DNA of 64,000 nt from a virus. Its lineage: Duplodnaviria > Heunggongvirae > Uroviricota > Caudoviricetes. Each line of letters starts with the position of its first letter. Position 1 is the first letter of the stretch. The stretch is taken from the IMG/VR virus record IMGVR_UViG_3300027977_000006, one strand, 5' to 3'. Shown here one piece after another: positions 38,091 through 47,978 of the stretch. The notes below the pieces were generated by a model. That model was given only the letters and a program-made list of their open reading frames with translations, was not told the DNA's origin and did no database searches. The position numbers were made by a program, and so were the translations under genes.

Positions 38091-39092
38091 ATGATTAATA
38101 GTACAAATAAAACACAAAGAAACGAAGGTAGTGTTTACGATGGTATCAATTCAGGCACCAATATAAAGTATGGTATTGTAAAAGTTTTAGAAAACGAAAC
38201 AGGACCAGAACAAAATAGAGGACTTGGTAGAATAAAAGTATACATAAAAGGCCCTATCGCAACTGGCGGTGACGCTGACAGAACCGATTCTGAATTACCA
38301 TGGTGTTTTCCGTTGCTACCAAAACATTTACAAATACAACCTAAAGTAGGTGAAGTTGTAATGATTCTTACTTTTAGTGACCAACAACAACATGCTGATA
38401 GATTATATGTTGGGCCGATAATTTCACAGCTCCCACTGTTAGATAGGGACCCTTATTTATATTCAGCGTTAAATGGTTTTACATTTGCTCTATCTTCACC
38501 AACAGTAAACCCATCACAAATAGCTGAATTAAATGGTGTATTTCCAAAACCAGATGATGTTTCAATACAAGGTAGATATAATACAGATATTAGCCAAAAA
38601 AGAAATGAAATTGTTATCAGAGCTGGTAAGTTTGTTGAATCAACCCCAAATCTTAATAACCCGTATCCTTTCAAATACAACCCAACAACTCAAGCCTATA
38701 TTCAAATAAAGAATGATGTTGTAACAAACCCAGCAACGAACCAACAAGCTGCTCTTAGAGGTACGGTAGCAAATATTGTTGCAAATAAGATTAATCTTAT
38801 TACACATAGAGATGGAAGCCCTAGATTTAATATAACAGACCCAGACGTTCTTATAACAGATGATGAATTAAATAAAATATTAGTAGAAGCTCATCAAGTT
38901 CCTTTTGGCGATGTTTTATTGGAATATTTAATACTAATGAAAGATGCTTTATTAAACCATGTTCATAATGGTAGTGGAAATCCAGCAACAGATTTGACAG
39001 TATCTGGTAATAAACAAACAGTTGCTTTATTTAAATCAAAAGCAAATGATTTAGAGAAATCGATGTTATCGAAAAATGTCCGTATTAATTAA
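38091..39092 (+). CDS. Baseplate central spike (gp5/gpV OB-fold) protein
   Basis: GLGRIKVYI...LPWCFPLL...PKVGEVVMI; C-terminal NHVH metal-tip motif; indicates contractile tail. Confidence 0.75.
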   Translation: MINSTNKTQRNEGSVYDGINSGTNIKYGIVKVLENETGPEQNRGLGRIKVYIKGPIATGGDADRTDSELPWCFPLLPKHLQIQPKVGEVVMILTFSDQQQHADRLYVGPIISQLPLLDRDPYLYSALNGFTFALSSPTVNPSQIAELNGVFPKPDDVSIQGRYNTDISQKRNEIVIRAGKFVESTPNLNNPYPFKYNPTTQAYIQIKNDVVTNPATNQQAALRGTVANIVANKINLITHRDGSPRFNITDPDVLITDDELNKILVEAHQVPFGDVLLEYLILMKDALLNHVHNGSGNPATDLTVSGNKQTVALFKSKANDLEKSMLSKNVRIN

Positions 39093-39122
39093 GCTTTTGC
39101 GATATTTATAATAAAAACAAAG

Positions 39123-40529
39123 ATGGTAATCCACACATTTTTCGATAAAAACAATACAATTGTAAGCAACCAATACGTAAACACTGGTTTGAACCCAGTT
39201 ACTGAATTATTTTACGGTGGTGCAATAGGTGAACAAAAATATAGCCGCTTCTTATTTCATTTTGATGAAACTAGATTAAGAGCTTTATATACTGGCGGTA
39301 CATTTACTGACTTAACCAAATTAACACATACTTTAAGACTTACAAACACGGGTTCTTTTGACACAGAATTGTTAAATGGAACAATGGCTGGTATGGATAG
39401 AACGACATCGTTTGATTTACTCTTATTCAAAATTAATCAAAATTGGGATAATGGTGTCGGTTATGATTACTCCGTACCAATTTTAGTAACTGGTCAAGGT
39501 GCTTATTACAACGGGCCTTCAAACTGGATTGAACCAAGAACTGGTGAATTTTGGTCAGGCGGTTCTGGTGTATATTCTGGTTCAGCATCTGCAATTACAG
39601 TAACAACACAACATTTCGATAAAGGAAACGAAAATATTGAAATGGATATGACAGATTATGTTAATGGTCTATTGACAGGCGATACAAACTATGGTTTAGG
39701 AATAGCTTATACCAGACCGTTTGAGTTGATGAATACAACTAGATTACAATATGTCGGTTTCTTTACCAATAACACCCAAACGTTCTATGAACCATACATT
39801 GAAACAATCTACGATAATCATATTAAGGATGACAGAAATAACTTTTATTTAGATAAACCAAATAAGTTATACTTATACGTTAACATAGCTGGAAACCCTA
39901 CAAACTTAGACACAAAACCATATGTTAATGTGTATGACAATATTGGTAATTTATTTTCAGCGTATACACCTTCAGATGTTGAACATGTTACATTAGGCGT
40001 TTACTCAATTGATATATTGGTGCCAACTTCAGCCTCAAATGTAGAAACAATGTACAATGATGTTTGGACTGGAATAACATTAAATGGTGTTAATAGACCA
40101 GACATAAATCTTTATTTTGTTGTAAAAGACTCAATGGGTTACTACAACATAGGCGATAATGATATGCTGCCTAGGAAAGTAGCTGTTAACATTAGCGGTA
40201 TCCAAAACAAAGAAAAAATAAAACGTGGTGATGTTAGAAAGGCAATTGTTTCTGCTAGAATACCTTATACAGTTGAACAAACACAAAATATTGATAACTT
40301 AAAATACAGAATTTACGTATTAGAGGGCGTTAACGAACTAACAGTTGTCGATTACCAACCAGTAGAAATGTCCAATAATTATTATTATTTTTTAATAGAT
40401 ACCTTAAGTTTAATACCAAACACTTATTATATCGATATATTAGCTTACTCAAATCTAGAAGTTACAACGCTTAAAAACGTACTAGAATTTGAAATAATCA
40501 ATCAAGTAGAATTGCGTAAATCTCAATAA
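39123..40529 (+). CDS. Virion structural protein
   Basis: 468 aa T/N/Y-rich; late motif 13 nt upstream. Confidence 0.6.
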   Translation: MVIHTFFDKNNTIVSNQYVNTGLNPVTELFYGGAIGEQKYSRFLFHFDETRLRALYTGGTFTDLTKLTHTLRLTNTGSFDTELLNGTMAGMDRTTSFDLLLFKINQNWDNGVGYDYSVPILVTGQGAYYNGPSNWIEPRTGEFWSGGSGVYSGSASAITVTTQHFDKGNENIEMDMTDYVNGLLTGDTNYGLGIAYTRPFELMNTTRLQYVGFFTNNTQTFYEPYIETIYDNHIKDDRNNFYLDKPNKLYLYVNIAGNPTNLDTKPYVNVYDNIGNLFSAYTPSDVEHVTLGVYSIDILVPTSASNVETMYNDVWTGITLNGVNRPDINLYFVVKDSMGYYNIGDNDMLPRKVAVNISGIQNKEKIKRGDVRKAIVSARIPYTVEQTQNIDNLKYRIYVLEGVNELTVVDYQPVEMSNNYYYFLIDTLSLIPNTYYIDILAYSNLEVTTLKNVLEFEIINQVELRKSQ

Positions 40530-40530
40530 A

Positions 40531-41253
40531 ATGAAATCATTTATTAAACAAAAATTAAGAGTCATTTTAGAATCAATGGCAGATGAACATCTAGGTAGTA
40601 TTTCAATCAACATACCATTTAGTTCATTGATTTTGGACAGAGTTAATTTAGAATGGGCGATTAAAAATATAAAAGAAAAAAGACCATCAAAAAGCAAAGC
40701 CAAGCCTATGCAAGTAGCTATGACTTATGATAGAAAATATTATTTACTAGACGGTTATCACAGATTGGTTGAAACTGTTTTAGCTGGAGAATCATCAGCC
40801 AAAGTTATGTTGCTAAATAAGTCCTATGAAAATTTAAAAAAGAACAATCAAATCGGTGTTGCTTGTGATGGTGGTACTGGAGATAAATTTTGTAATAATT
40901 TTAAAACACTAGGTTCAATCGATATGATTAAACAATCTATAAATGAAGAAATGATTGATGGTCAGTATATGACACCAGCTATGAAAACAGCCTGCAATAA
41001 AATGACCATAGGTAGTTATGAAGAAGCTCTTAGTTTAACTGAAAAAGCAATAGCTCATTTAAATGAAAAAGAAAAGTTTAAGATAATGGAAAAAATTAAC
41101 CAACCTTTGAGCAGATTAAAAGATGCTCAAAACACTTTGGATGATGAAATTAGTAGATATAGAATGACAGGTGATTCGTTAGCTGATGAAGCGGACACAT
41201 ATTGGCACCAAATACAATCTACAATTTGTGAATTAGGGCCAAGTTTTCAATAA
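40531..41253 (+). CDS. ParB/Srx-like domain protein with I/L-x-E motifs
   Basis: YYLLDGYHRL; VILES and SINEE motifs. Confidence 0.55.
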   Translation: MKSFIKQKLRVILESMADEHLGSISINIPFSSLILDRVNLEWAIKNIKEKRPSKSKAKPMQVAMTYDRKYYLLDGYHRLVETVLAGESSAKVMLLNKSYENLKKNNQIGVACDGGTGDKFCNNFKTLGSIDMIKQSINEEMIDGQYMTPAMKTACNKMTIGSYEEALSLTEKAIAHLNEKEKFKIMEKINQPLSRLKDAQNTLDDEISRYRMTGDSLADEADTYWHQIQSTICELGPSFQ

Positions 41254-41259
41254 AAGCAC

Positions 41260-41290
41260 TTGACAAAAAATGTTTTATTACTATATTTAT
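41260..41290 (+). promoter_or_regulatory. Composite promoter (TTGACA plus overlapping late motif)
   Basis: TTGACA 41260-65, TATATT 41282-87, ATATTTAT 41283-90. Confidence 0.6.
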
Positions 41291-41293
41291 TAT

Positions 41294-41364
41294 TGCGTTA
41301 ACTACGTATTAGCACCGACTATTAAAACGGTTTAGAGTTGTTTAGGCAACAAAGGTGTTAGTAC
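41294..41364 (+). ncRNA. Candidate structured 5' leader RNA
   Basis: GTATTAGCACC 41306-16 / GGTGTTAGTAC 41354-64 (11 bp incl. 2 GU), inner GTTGT-TTAG-GCAAC hairpin. Confidence 0.5.
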
Positions 41365-41391
41365 AATAACAAAAATTAAAAGTTAATAAAC

Positions 41392-42228
41392 ATGAAAAAA
41401 AGTATCTGGACAGAAACTGTCCCAACAGCTTACATTGCTGTAAACAAGAGCAGACTTAAGCTCTACAACAAAGATGGCGATATGCCAACTTTCTATCTTC
41501 AAAAAGGACAAGAGTTCCAAATTGAAATCTTTAACCCAACATCAGACGTAATCTTAGCCAAGATTCACTTAAACGGAAAAGCTATCTCACAAGGTGGTTT
41601 GGTATTGAATCCAGGTCAACGTGTGTTCCTTGACCGTTATTTTGATGTTGCACAAAAATTCTTATTTGATACCTATGAAGTTGCAAATACTGAAGAAGTA
41701 AAAAAAGCAATCGAAAATAATGGTGATTTAAAAGTAGAATTTTATAAAGAACAACAATTTGTAACAGCACTTAATTGGATACAACCAGATTTGACTTATA
41801 GACCATGGGTAACACACATTAGCTCACCAATCATTGGGAATACTACCACTACTACTGGACTTAATTTAACAAGCACTAGCAGTAATAGCAGTTTTTTGTG
41901 TAATAGTAATATAACTTATACATCATACGATAGCAAACTTAGTTTTTCAAATGATTTAGATAGTATAAGAAATACCCCTAGAAGTAAAAAGTCCAAATCA
42001 ATTGAAACTGGTAGAGTAGAGAAAGGCTCACATTCAAGTCAAGAATTTAAAACGGTTGCTAAAAAATTTGAATCATTTTCTTTTCATACTGTTGAATATA
42101 AGTTATTACCAGCATCTCAAAAAATTAATACAGTTGATGATGTAAACGTAAAAAAATATTGCACAAATTGTGCACATAAATTAAAAAAAGAATATAAATA
42201 TTGTCCAGTTTGTGCTACTAAAGCCTAA
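41392..42228 (+). CDS. Hypothetical beta-rich protein with C-terminal zinc ribbon
   Basis: 278 aa; CTNC...CPVC; own promoter and terminator. Confidence 0.75.
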   Translation: MKKSIWTETVPTAYIAVNKSRLKLYNKDGDMPTFYLQKGQEFQIEIFNPTSDVILAKIHLNGKAISQGGLVLNPGQRVFLDRYFDVAQKFLFDTYEVANTEEVKKAIENNGDLKVEFYKEQQFVTALNWIQPDLTYRPWVTHISSPIIGNTTTTTGLNLTSTSSNSSFLCNSNITYTSYDSKLSFSNDLDSIRNTPRSKKSKSIETGRVEKGSHSSQEFKTVAKKFESFSFHTVEYKLLPASQKINTVDDVNVKKYCTNCAHKLKKEYKYCPVCATKA

Positions 42229-42257
42229 AAAATAAAATAAAAGTTAACGCATAAAAT

Positions 42258-42290
42258 AACCCGAAGAATTTGCATCTTCGGGTTTTTTAT
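42258..42290 (+). terminator. Rho-independent terminator
   Basis: AACCCGAAGA-ATTTGCA-TCTTCGGGTT + T run. Confidence 0.88.
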
Positions 42291-42300
42291 TGTATATTTG
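42269..42300 (+). promoter_or_regulatory. Bacteroidota promoter with -33 element in the terminator loop
   Basis: TTTG 42269-72, 20 nt, TATATTTG 42293-300. Confidence 0.6.
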
Positions 42301-42317
42301 CGTAAAAATTAGTTTAT

Positions 42318-43055
42318 ATGTGTAATGAAATATTAAAAATGACGAAGCGGTATTCAAACGACACGGAGCTTGGCGCTAAAGTGAGAGGGTATATTAACAG
42401 AACAAATGAGTACCCAACACTCACGGTTTTGATGTGTGTTCACAGTTTTAACGGTACCTATGATTATTTTTTACATCAAGCTTTACAATCCTTAGAGATG
42501 CAAACGTACAAAGATTTTAAAGTTTTGTTGATGTTAGATGGGTGTTGGCCAAATACTATTACTATGGTAAGAAACAATAGTTATAAACTGAATTTAGAAA
42601 TTGTTGAAAGACCCAATAAACAAGGTTTAGCCTTTGCAAAAAATCATGGTTTGTCTTTAATTGACACAGAGTTAGTAGCCTATTTAGATTGTGATGACTA
42701 TTATCTACCAGAAAAATTAGAGAAACAAATAAATTATTTTAGAAATAATGATGTTGATTTTTTAGCAACAGAAACATTGTTACTAAACAATAATAATTTT
42801 ATGATACAATCATGGGGCTTAGGCGCATATGAAACTGATGAAGTAATAAAACAAAATATCTTTCAATCAAATTTTTTAGCTCATGGTACATTTATGATTA
42901 AGAAAAAAGCTTTAGATGAAATAGGTGGTTATAATCACGTCATTGGTATGGAAGATTGGGATTTATGGAAACGTGCAGCTGCTGCGAATTATAAATTTTA
43001 TCAGTTGCCAGAAAGATTGTATGTTTTTAGAATGAATACTAGTGTTTCTAGATAG
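42318..43055 (+). CDS. GT2-family glycosyltransferase
   Basis: TVLMCVH, AKNHGL, AYLDCDD, IGGYN, EDWDLW. Confidence 0.88.
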   Translation: MCNEILKMTKRYSNDTELGAKVRGYINRTNEYPTLTVLMCVHSFNGTYDYFLHQALQSLEMQTYKDFKVLLMLDGCWPNTITMVRNNSYKLNLEIVERPNKQGLAFAKNHGLSLIDTELVAYLDCDDYYLPEKLEKQINYFRNNDVDFLATETLLLNNNNFMIQSWGLGAYETDEVIKQNIFQSNFLAHGTFMIKKKALDEIGGYNHVIGMEDWDLWKRAAAANYKFYQLPERLYVFRMNTSVSR

Positions 43056-43070
43056 AACCTATACAAAATA

Positions 43071-43099
43071 AAAAAGGTGAGATTTCTCTCACCTTTTTT
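43071..43099. terminator. Bidirectional terminator between convergent blocks
   Basis: AAAAAGGTGAGA-TTTC-TCTCACCTTTTTT. Confidence 0.88.
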
Positions 43100-43118
43100 A
43101 AGTTATATAGATATTTTA

Positions 43119-45014
43119 TTATCTAAGTTCTGCTACGTTGAAAGTAGGTACACCGTCTACACGCACATGACCGTAAAATCTGTTATTTACAATTTTTTTG
43201 GCGTAACGAGTCATGATACCCTTCACTGGAGCGAAGTTGAAAGGATTGTACATAGTAGGAGTAAGTTGCAAAGGCACGTATGGTGCGTAGATGTAACCTG
43301 TATCCAACAATGATTTACCTTTGTGACCGATAATTACAGAGTAAGATGGTGCATATGGGTCACGGTATACTTGATAACGACCACCCAATGTACCGATTCT
43401 TTCGATACCCATGTTATATTGGTCTTGCTCAGGGTTAGCATCAGATACGTGGAAGTATTCTAAGTCATCGAATACAGCTGAAATTTCAGAAGATACAACG
43501 ATGAAGTTAGCACCACCACGAAGTGTTGACTTGTGGATTTGAGCAGAGATTTGGTTAATCTTAGTGATAAGAGTTTGGTTCCAGTCCTTTTGAGTGTAAG
43601 GGCTAGCAGCAGAAGAAGCTCTTCTCCATCCGTTGTAGTCCCAACGCAATTGCCATGCAGCAGCTTTACGAAGGTCTCTAAGGATTTCACGGTCAATTTC
43701 CGCAGCAACTTGCTCAGAAAGCATTGCAGTCAATTCAGCTTCAGCATCAATGTTGTGGAATGCACTAACGTCTTGAGCTAATTCTGGTGACCATGTTGCA
43801 CGTAATTTTCTTTCTTCAACAGCAACAACAACTTCATCAAGTCTGAAAGAAACTTCATTCAATTCAGTTTCCAATTCAAGAGAAGCGTATTCAGCCCATG
43901 AGAAAGCTAAACCAGCAGTTGTAGTGATAGCAGATATAGTTGTAGCAGAAGCACCAACATAACCATCATAGGTTGAAGTACCTGGAACTACAGCAGCAGC
44001 AGAACCAGCAGTTGTACCTACTGGGTGAGTAAGGTCAAGCTCAACATACATAACACCATTTGGTGTAGTCAATACTGGGTAACCAGAAGAGTTTACGTTT
44101 GTTGTTTGAACGATAGCTTTACCATATTGTTGAGTAACGATACGGAAAGGAACTTCAGTACCAGCAGCGATGATAGTATTACCATCTTTGTCAAGAATTG
44201 CGTTAGTTGTTACACAGTGCAATGAAGCCAAGAATGACTCAGTGTCCATGTTGTTACCATCAGGACCAGTCAATACTTCACGACCAGCAGGTGAACCAGC
44301 ACCACCAGTGAAACCACTAATGGTTAACATAGCGTATCTTACAGAACCGTCAGCAGCAGTAGCCCATGAAGTACTTGGAGCTGGAGTTGAGAAAGAACCA
44401 CCAGCACTTAATGCAGAAGCGTTAGCGTTTGTGATAGTATAAGTTCTGATAGTAAGAGTACCTTTAGATTGGTCAAACATACCGTCATTGTAGAAAATGT
44501 CGTATAAGTTTTTAGCCATAAAAGGTGTTACAGCACAACTTCCATTAGATGGCAATACGCAAGATGGAATACCAGTAGAAGCAAATGATGTGTGAGCTGA
44601 GTAAGGACTGTTTGTACTGTTATAGTTAACATTATCATAGTTATTACCAGCTACAGGAGGTGTAGAACCATCTACACGGCTAGATGTAAGAGGTACGAAA
44701 TAGAACAATTTACCGATAGGCATGTTCATAGCTTGAACTGACACAACGTCATTAGCTAATAATTTAGAGAAAACACGTCTTACGATAGGGAATACTACTG
44801 TTTCGAATGAACCAGAAGAAGTCGCAGTTGTAGTTTCAGTCAACAAAGTTGAAGCTTGGTTTTCATACAACTGAGCGATGTTTTCTTTTACGTGGCCTTT
44901 AAGACCTTCAAGGAAGCCTAAGCTTTCCCACTTTGATTGGGTTTCTTTACGGATAGCCTTCATGTGGTTTAATCCGATGTTACCCACTTGTCCAGATGTT
45001 AATAAATGTGACAT
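43119..45014 (-). CDS. Major capsid protein (T4 gp23-like) with large insertion
   Basis: KWESLGFLEGL, VSVQAMNMPIGKLFY, RKLRATWSPELAQD..AFH.IDAEAEL, YIYAPYVPL, GIMTRY. Confidence 0.95.
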   Translation of the reverse strand: MSHLLTSGQVGNIGLNHMKAIRKETQSKWESLGFLEGLKGHVKENIAQLYENQASTLLTETTTATSSGSFETVVFPIVRRVFSKLLANDVVSVQAMNMPIGKLFYFVPLTSSRVDGSTPPVAGNNYDNVNYNSTNSPYSAHTSFASTGIPSCVLPSNGSCAVTPFMAKNLYDIFYNDGMFDQSKGTLTIRTYTITNANASALSAGGSFSTPAPSTSWATAADGSVRYAMLTISGFTGGAGSPAGREVLTGPDGNNMDTESFLASLHCVTTNAILDKDGNTIIAAGTEVPFRIVTQQYGKAIVQTTNVNSSGYPVLTTPNGVMYVELDLTHPVGTTAGSAAAVVPGTSTYDGYVGASATTISAITTTAGLAFSWAEYASLELETELNEVSFRLDEVVVAVEERKLRATWSPELAQDVSAFHNIDAEAELTAMLSEQVAAEIDREILRDLRKAAAWQLRWDYNGWRRASSAASPYTQKDWNQTLITKINQISAQIHKSTLRGGANFIVVSSEISAVFDDLEYFHVSDANPEQDQYNMGIERIGTLGGRYQVYRDPYAPSYSVIIGHKGKSLLDTGYIYAPYVPLQLTPTMYNPFNFAPVKGIMTRYAKKIVNNRFYGHVRVDGVPTFNVAELR

Positions 45015-45043
45015 AGTTTTTTTATTTTTTTTTTATTATTTTG

Positions 45044-46237
45044 TTATTTGTTTTCAACTCTTTGAATCAAATCAAGGATTCTCTTAGTTGATGGGTCAAC
45101 ATAGGCGGTGCTTTCGTTTAATTGTTTAGAACTGCCAGTGGTACCCTCTTTCATTATTTTTCTTTCTATCGCTTCAGTAATTGGCTTTCTAGAAACTAAT
45201 TCGTTAGCAATAGTTTTGTATAACTTTTTGGACTCTTTAAGGTTTGTAACTTCTTCATCAAATCTTTTGATGATGTTTTGTTTTTCACCTTTGGTTGTCG
45301 CATGTTCCATGAACAATCTTGTTACATAAGTCAAGTTGCTATTGAACACTACAGTTTCTACTAACTTTGTTCTAAATTCTTTCAAAGCTTTTCTAAATTC
45401 TTCGTTCTCAGCTTTAAGTTTTTTAGACTCAGTCAATAAAGTATTGTATTTTTTTGCTGTTTCAGAAACAAGTTTTTTAGCGATTACAGATTCTTTAAGA
45501 TTATCAGCACCAGCACCTTTAGGTTGACCAGTAGAACCAGTAGCAGTTTTATTAACGTGTCCTCCAACTGACATACCTTTACCTTTTAAAATTACTTCAT
45601 CGATTTCTTCTTCTTCTTTCTCGCCTTCTCTCTCTTCACCTTCTTCTCCATCTACATCAGCCAAATCAGAAGGTTCACCTTCTTCATCACCCATTTCGAT
45701 TTCGTAGTCTACTTCATCACCACCTTCAATGTCATCAACATTAATGTCAACATCTTCGACATCACCAGCCATTTCATCATCCATGCCTAGGTTTGAAGAT
45801 TTAATTACGTATTCTCCTGGTTCAGAGACAGTTAGGTGAATTTCGTCACCAACGATTTCGATTTCGTCATCACCGCTTAATTTTTTGTAAACTGCGATTA
45901 CGTCATCGTCAGACGCTTGAGTTAAGTCCAATTCTTCAGATGCCATTGCATCCATACCTTCTTCGTATGTATCTTCTTCGTACATACCTTCTGTTGGCAT
46001 TTCACCCTCGGTCATTTTTGATTCAGATTCCATTTCAGATTCTTCAACCTTTTCGGCTGCGCCTTCTTCAATTTCTTCTTCCACATAAGCCTCTTTGATT
46101 AGAGACTCTTTCACCACACCATCAATTTCTTCCTTAGCTACGCTACGAAGTATTTCTTTAGTGTTGGCATTAAGAGCACTTTGAATATTTTGGATATCCA
46201 AAAGAGCTTCTTCAAGTATTGATTTTTTATCTGCCAT
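45044..46237 (-). CDS. Prohead core scaffold protein (gp22-like)
   Basis: Highly acidic, coiled-coil C-terminus, many I/L-x-E motifs; between protease and capsid genes. Confidence 0.8.
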   Translation of the reverse strand: MADKKSILEEALLDIQNIQSALNANTKEILRSVAKEEIDGVVKESLIKEAYVEEEIEEGAAEKVEESEMESESKMTEGEMPTEGMYEEDTYEEGMDAMASEELDLTQASDDDVIAVYKKLSGDDEIEIVGDEIHLTVSEPGEYVIKSSNLGMDDEMAGDVEDVDINVDDIEGGDEVDYEIEMGDEEGEPSDLADVDGEEGEEREGEKEEEEIDEVILKGKGMSVGGHVNKTATGSTGQPKGAGADNLKESVIAKKLVSETAKKYNTLLTESKKLKAENEEFRKALKEFRTKLVETVVFNSNLTYVTRLFMEHATTKGEKQNIIKRFDEEVTNLKESKKLYKTIANELVSRKPITEAIERKIMKEGTTGSSKQLNESTAYVDPSTKRILDLIQRVENK

Positions 46238-46354
46238 TTTTGTGTTTGTTTTATTATTAGATAAATATTACAATATCTATCTTATTTTTTAATAAATATA
46301 TCTAGTTTTACGAAAAGACATATTAAGACTAAAAATTTTATAAAAAAATGTTTA

Positions 46355-47074
46355 TTATAACAAGAAATTATCAAGTTTGTCTTTCAAACTTTCTTTTATT
46401 ACACTTGCTGTCTTTTCAACGCTTTCAACGTAAGGTTTAGCTTCAGCAACATCTCTAAATATCCAAGCATCTGGTGTTGATGGTGCTGTAACAACATCCC
46501 AACAAATTATTTCAAAATCGTCTTGAACAATTTGTTCACCATTTCTACCTTCTTTAAGTGAACCAACACCTCTAGAAGAAACACCAATCTTAATTCTATT
46601 TCTTAAAAGATTTGCAACCTCATCACCTTTGGTTGAAACAATACCATAGTTTATAAAACCTGGCGTCATAAGGATTTCCATTTTACCCATAAGGGTTTTA
46701 CCTTCCCACCAAGTCTCAATAATATTGTGAGATATTCTATCACCAGCAATAATGCTAGATTCTGGGTGGTCTAATTCACCAACAGCACTACGCTCTCTAA
46801 TAGCTTTCTGATATATTTCGTCTTGCTTTTTTAAAACTTGTTCTGGATATATTCTACCGTTACGATTAAGAACACCATATTTTTGTAATATAACGTAAAC
46901 AACTAGTGGTTCTGCTATTATCATTTTACCACTATCAAGTTTTTTTATTTCATTTATGAACGCTTGATTTCTAGGTTCATCAGGACTAATATAACCAGCA
47001 TCATGTTCAATTAGTCCACCCCAGCCTGTTTCACCACGTTTTAATATTTTAAAGTCTTTATAATTTATATCCAT
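46355..47074 (-). CDS. Prohead core protease (gp21-like)
   Basis: NRNGRIYP, GELDHP, SHNI, IGVSSRGVGS, WDVVTAPSTPDA; start set to ATG 47074. Confidence 0.93.
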   Translation of the reverse strand: MDINYKDFKILKRGETGWGGLIEHDAGYISPDEPRNQAFINEIKKLDSGKMIIAEPLVVYVILQKYGVLNRNGRIYPEQVLKKQDEIYQKAIRERSAVGELDHPESSIIAGDRISHNIIETWWEGKTLMGKMEILMTPGFINYGIVSTKGDEVANLLRNRIKIGVSSRGVGSLKEGRNGEQIVQDDFEIICWDVVTAPSTPDAWIFRDVAEAKPYVESVEKTASVIKESLKDKLDNFLL

Positions 47075-47115
47075 ATTTGCTAGCTTATAGATATAAATAT
47101 CGTATACAAACAAAA

Positions 47116-47141
47116 AAACCCTAGATTTATTTCTAGGGTTT
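47116..47141 (-). terminator. Rho-independent terminator
   Basis: AAACCCTAGA-TTTATT-TCTAGGGTTT with A run to the left. Confidence 0.8.
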
Positions 47142-47145
47142 GTTT

Positions 47146-47580
47146 TTATCTTTTTCTTTTATGAAAGTCAAATGTATTACACTTTTTAAAAACTTCTTCA
47201 ATTAATACTTCGGCTAGTTTATTTAAATTTTCTTTCATTTCTTCAGTATTAACTGGCTTTATAACATTTAAATAAAATGTTGTTTCACAGCTCATGAAAC
47301 TTCTCTTTCCTTTTCTTATTCCAGATTCTCTCAAATCTAAATCAACAATTGTCATTTCTTTGTTAAAATCTAAATTAGATGAATAACTAAATAATACTTG
47401 TTTTACTTTTTTATTTAAATTTCTAATCGCTCTATTGTAGTTTTCATCACAATCGTCTTTGGGCTCAGCCCAAGAAGAAATATTTAAGTAAACTGACTTT
47501 GAGTTCTTATTGTTTACACTTCCAAAAATTACATTGAAATCCTTAAAAATGGTTGATTTAATTTCTTTACCTGTTTTCAT
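47146..47580 (-). CDS. Hypothetical protein
   Basis: 144 aa; own promoter. Confidence 0.7.
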   Translation of the reverse strand: MKTGKEIKSTIFKDFNVIFGSVNNKNSKSVYLNISSWAEPKDDCDENYNRAIRNLNKKVKQVLFSYSSNLDFNKEMTIVDLDLRESGIRKGKRSFMSCETTFYLNVIKPVNTEEMKENLNKLAEVLIEEVFKKCNTFDFHKRKR

Positions 47581-47604
47581 ATTTTACCTGGTTTTTATAA
47601 CACA

Positions 47605-47633
47605 AGTATAATGAAAAAAAATGAATGTGTCAA
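47605..47633 (-). promoter_or_regulatory. Sigma70-like promoter
   Basis: Minus strand TTGACA-17 nt-TATACT(TG). Confidence 0.65.
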
Positions 47634-47637
47634 GTGG

Positions 47638-47976
47638 CTATTTTAAGTTACCCCACAAAGCAATTGCAATACCAATTGCAATTTGAACAAAAGTAATAAT
47701 AGCTATAGCGGCAGCCCAACGATTCTTTTGTTTGTAAATTTCATCTTTGGCTTCTTTCATCTGGGATGCGGACCAAACATCATTAACTTTTTCAATCCAT
47801 TTGGCATGAGTTTCTACTTTACCCTCAACATTTTTAACTTCGGTAAGCTTTTGATTTAATTCAGAAAAACGACTGTCCATATCAGTCCTCATTCTGTCAT
47901 AATTATCATTAAGCCTCTCAAGTTCTTTTAAAACAAGCTTACTGTAATCACCCCAAGTTCCTGTTTCATCAGCCAT
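47638..47976 (-). CDS. Coiled-coil protein with C-terminal transmembrane helix
   Basis: Ends WAAAIAIITFVQIAIGIAIALWGNLK; possibly lysis-related. Confidence 0.6.
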   Translation of the reverse strand: MADETGTWGDYSKLVLKELERLNDNYDRMRTDMDSRFSELNQKLTEVKNVEGKVETHAKWIEKVNDVWSASQMKEAKDEIYKQKNRWAAAIAIITFVQIAIGIAIALWGNLK

Positions 47977-47978
47977 GA

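Noticed and set aside
41294-41364. Hammerhead or other known ribozyme/riboswitch in the leader
   Set aside because: The junction lacks the CUGANGA/GAAA core and I recognised no known aptamer.
46355-47113. Track starts for the protease (47113), PhoH (28965) and HNH (34956)
   Set aside because: Each extension overlaps the ATATTTAT motif or terminator; downstream ATGs fit better.
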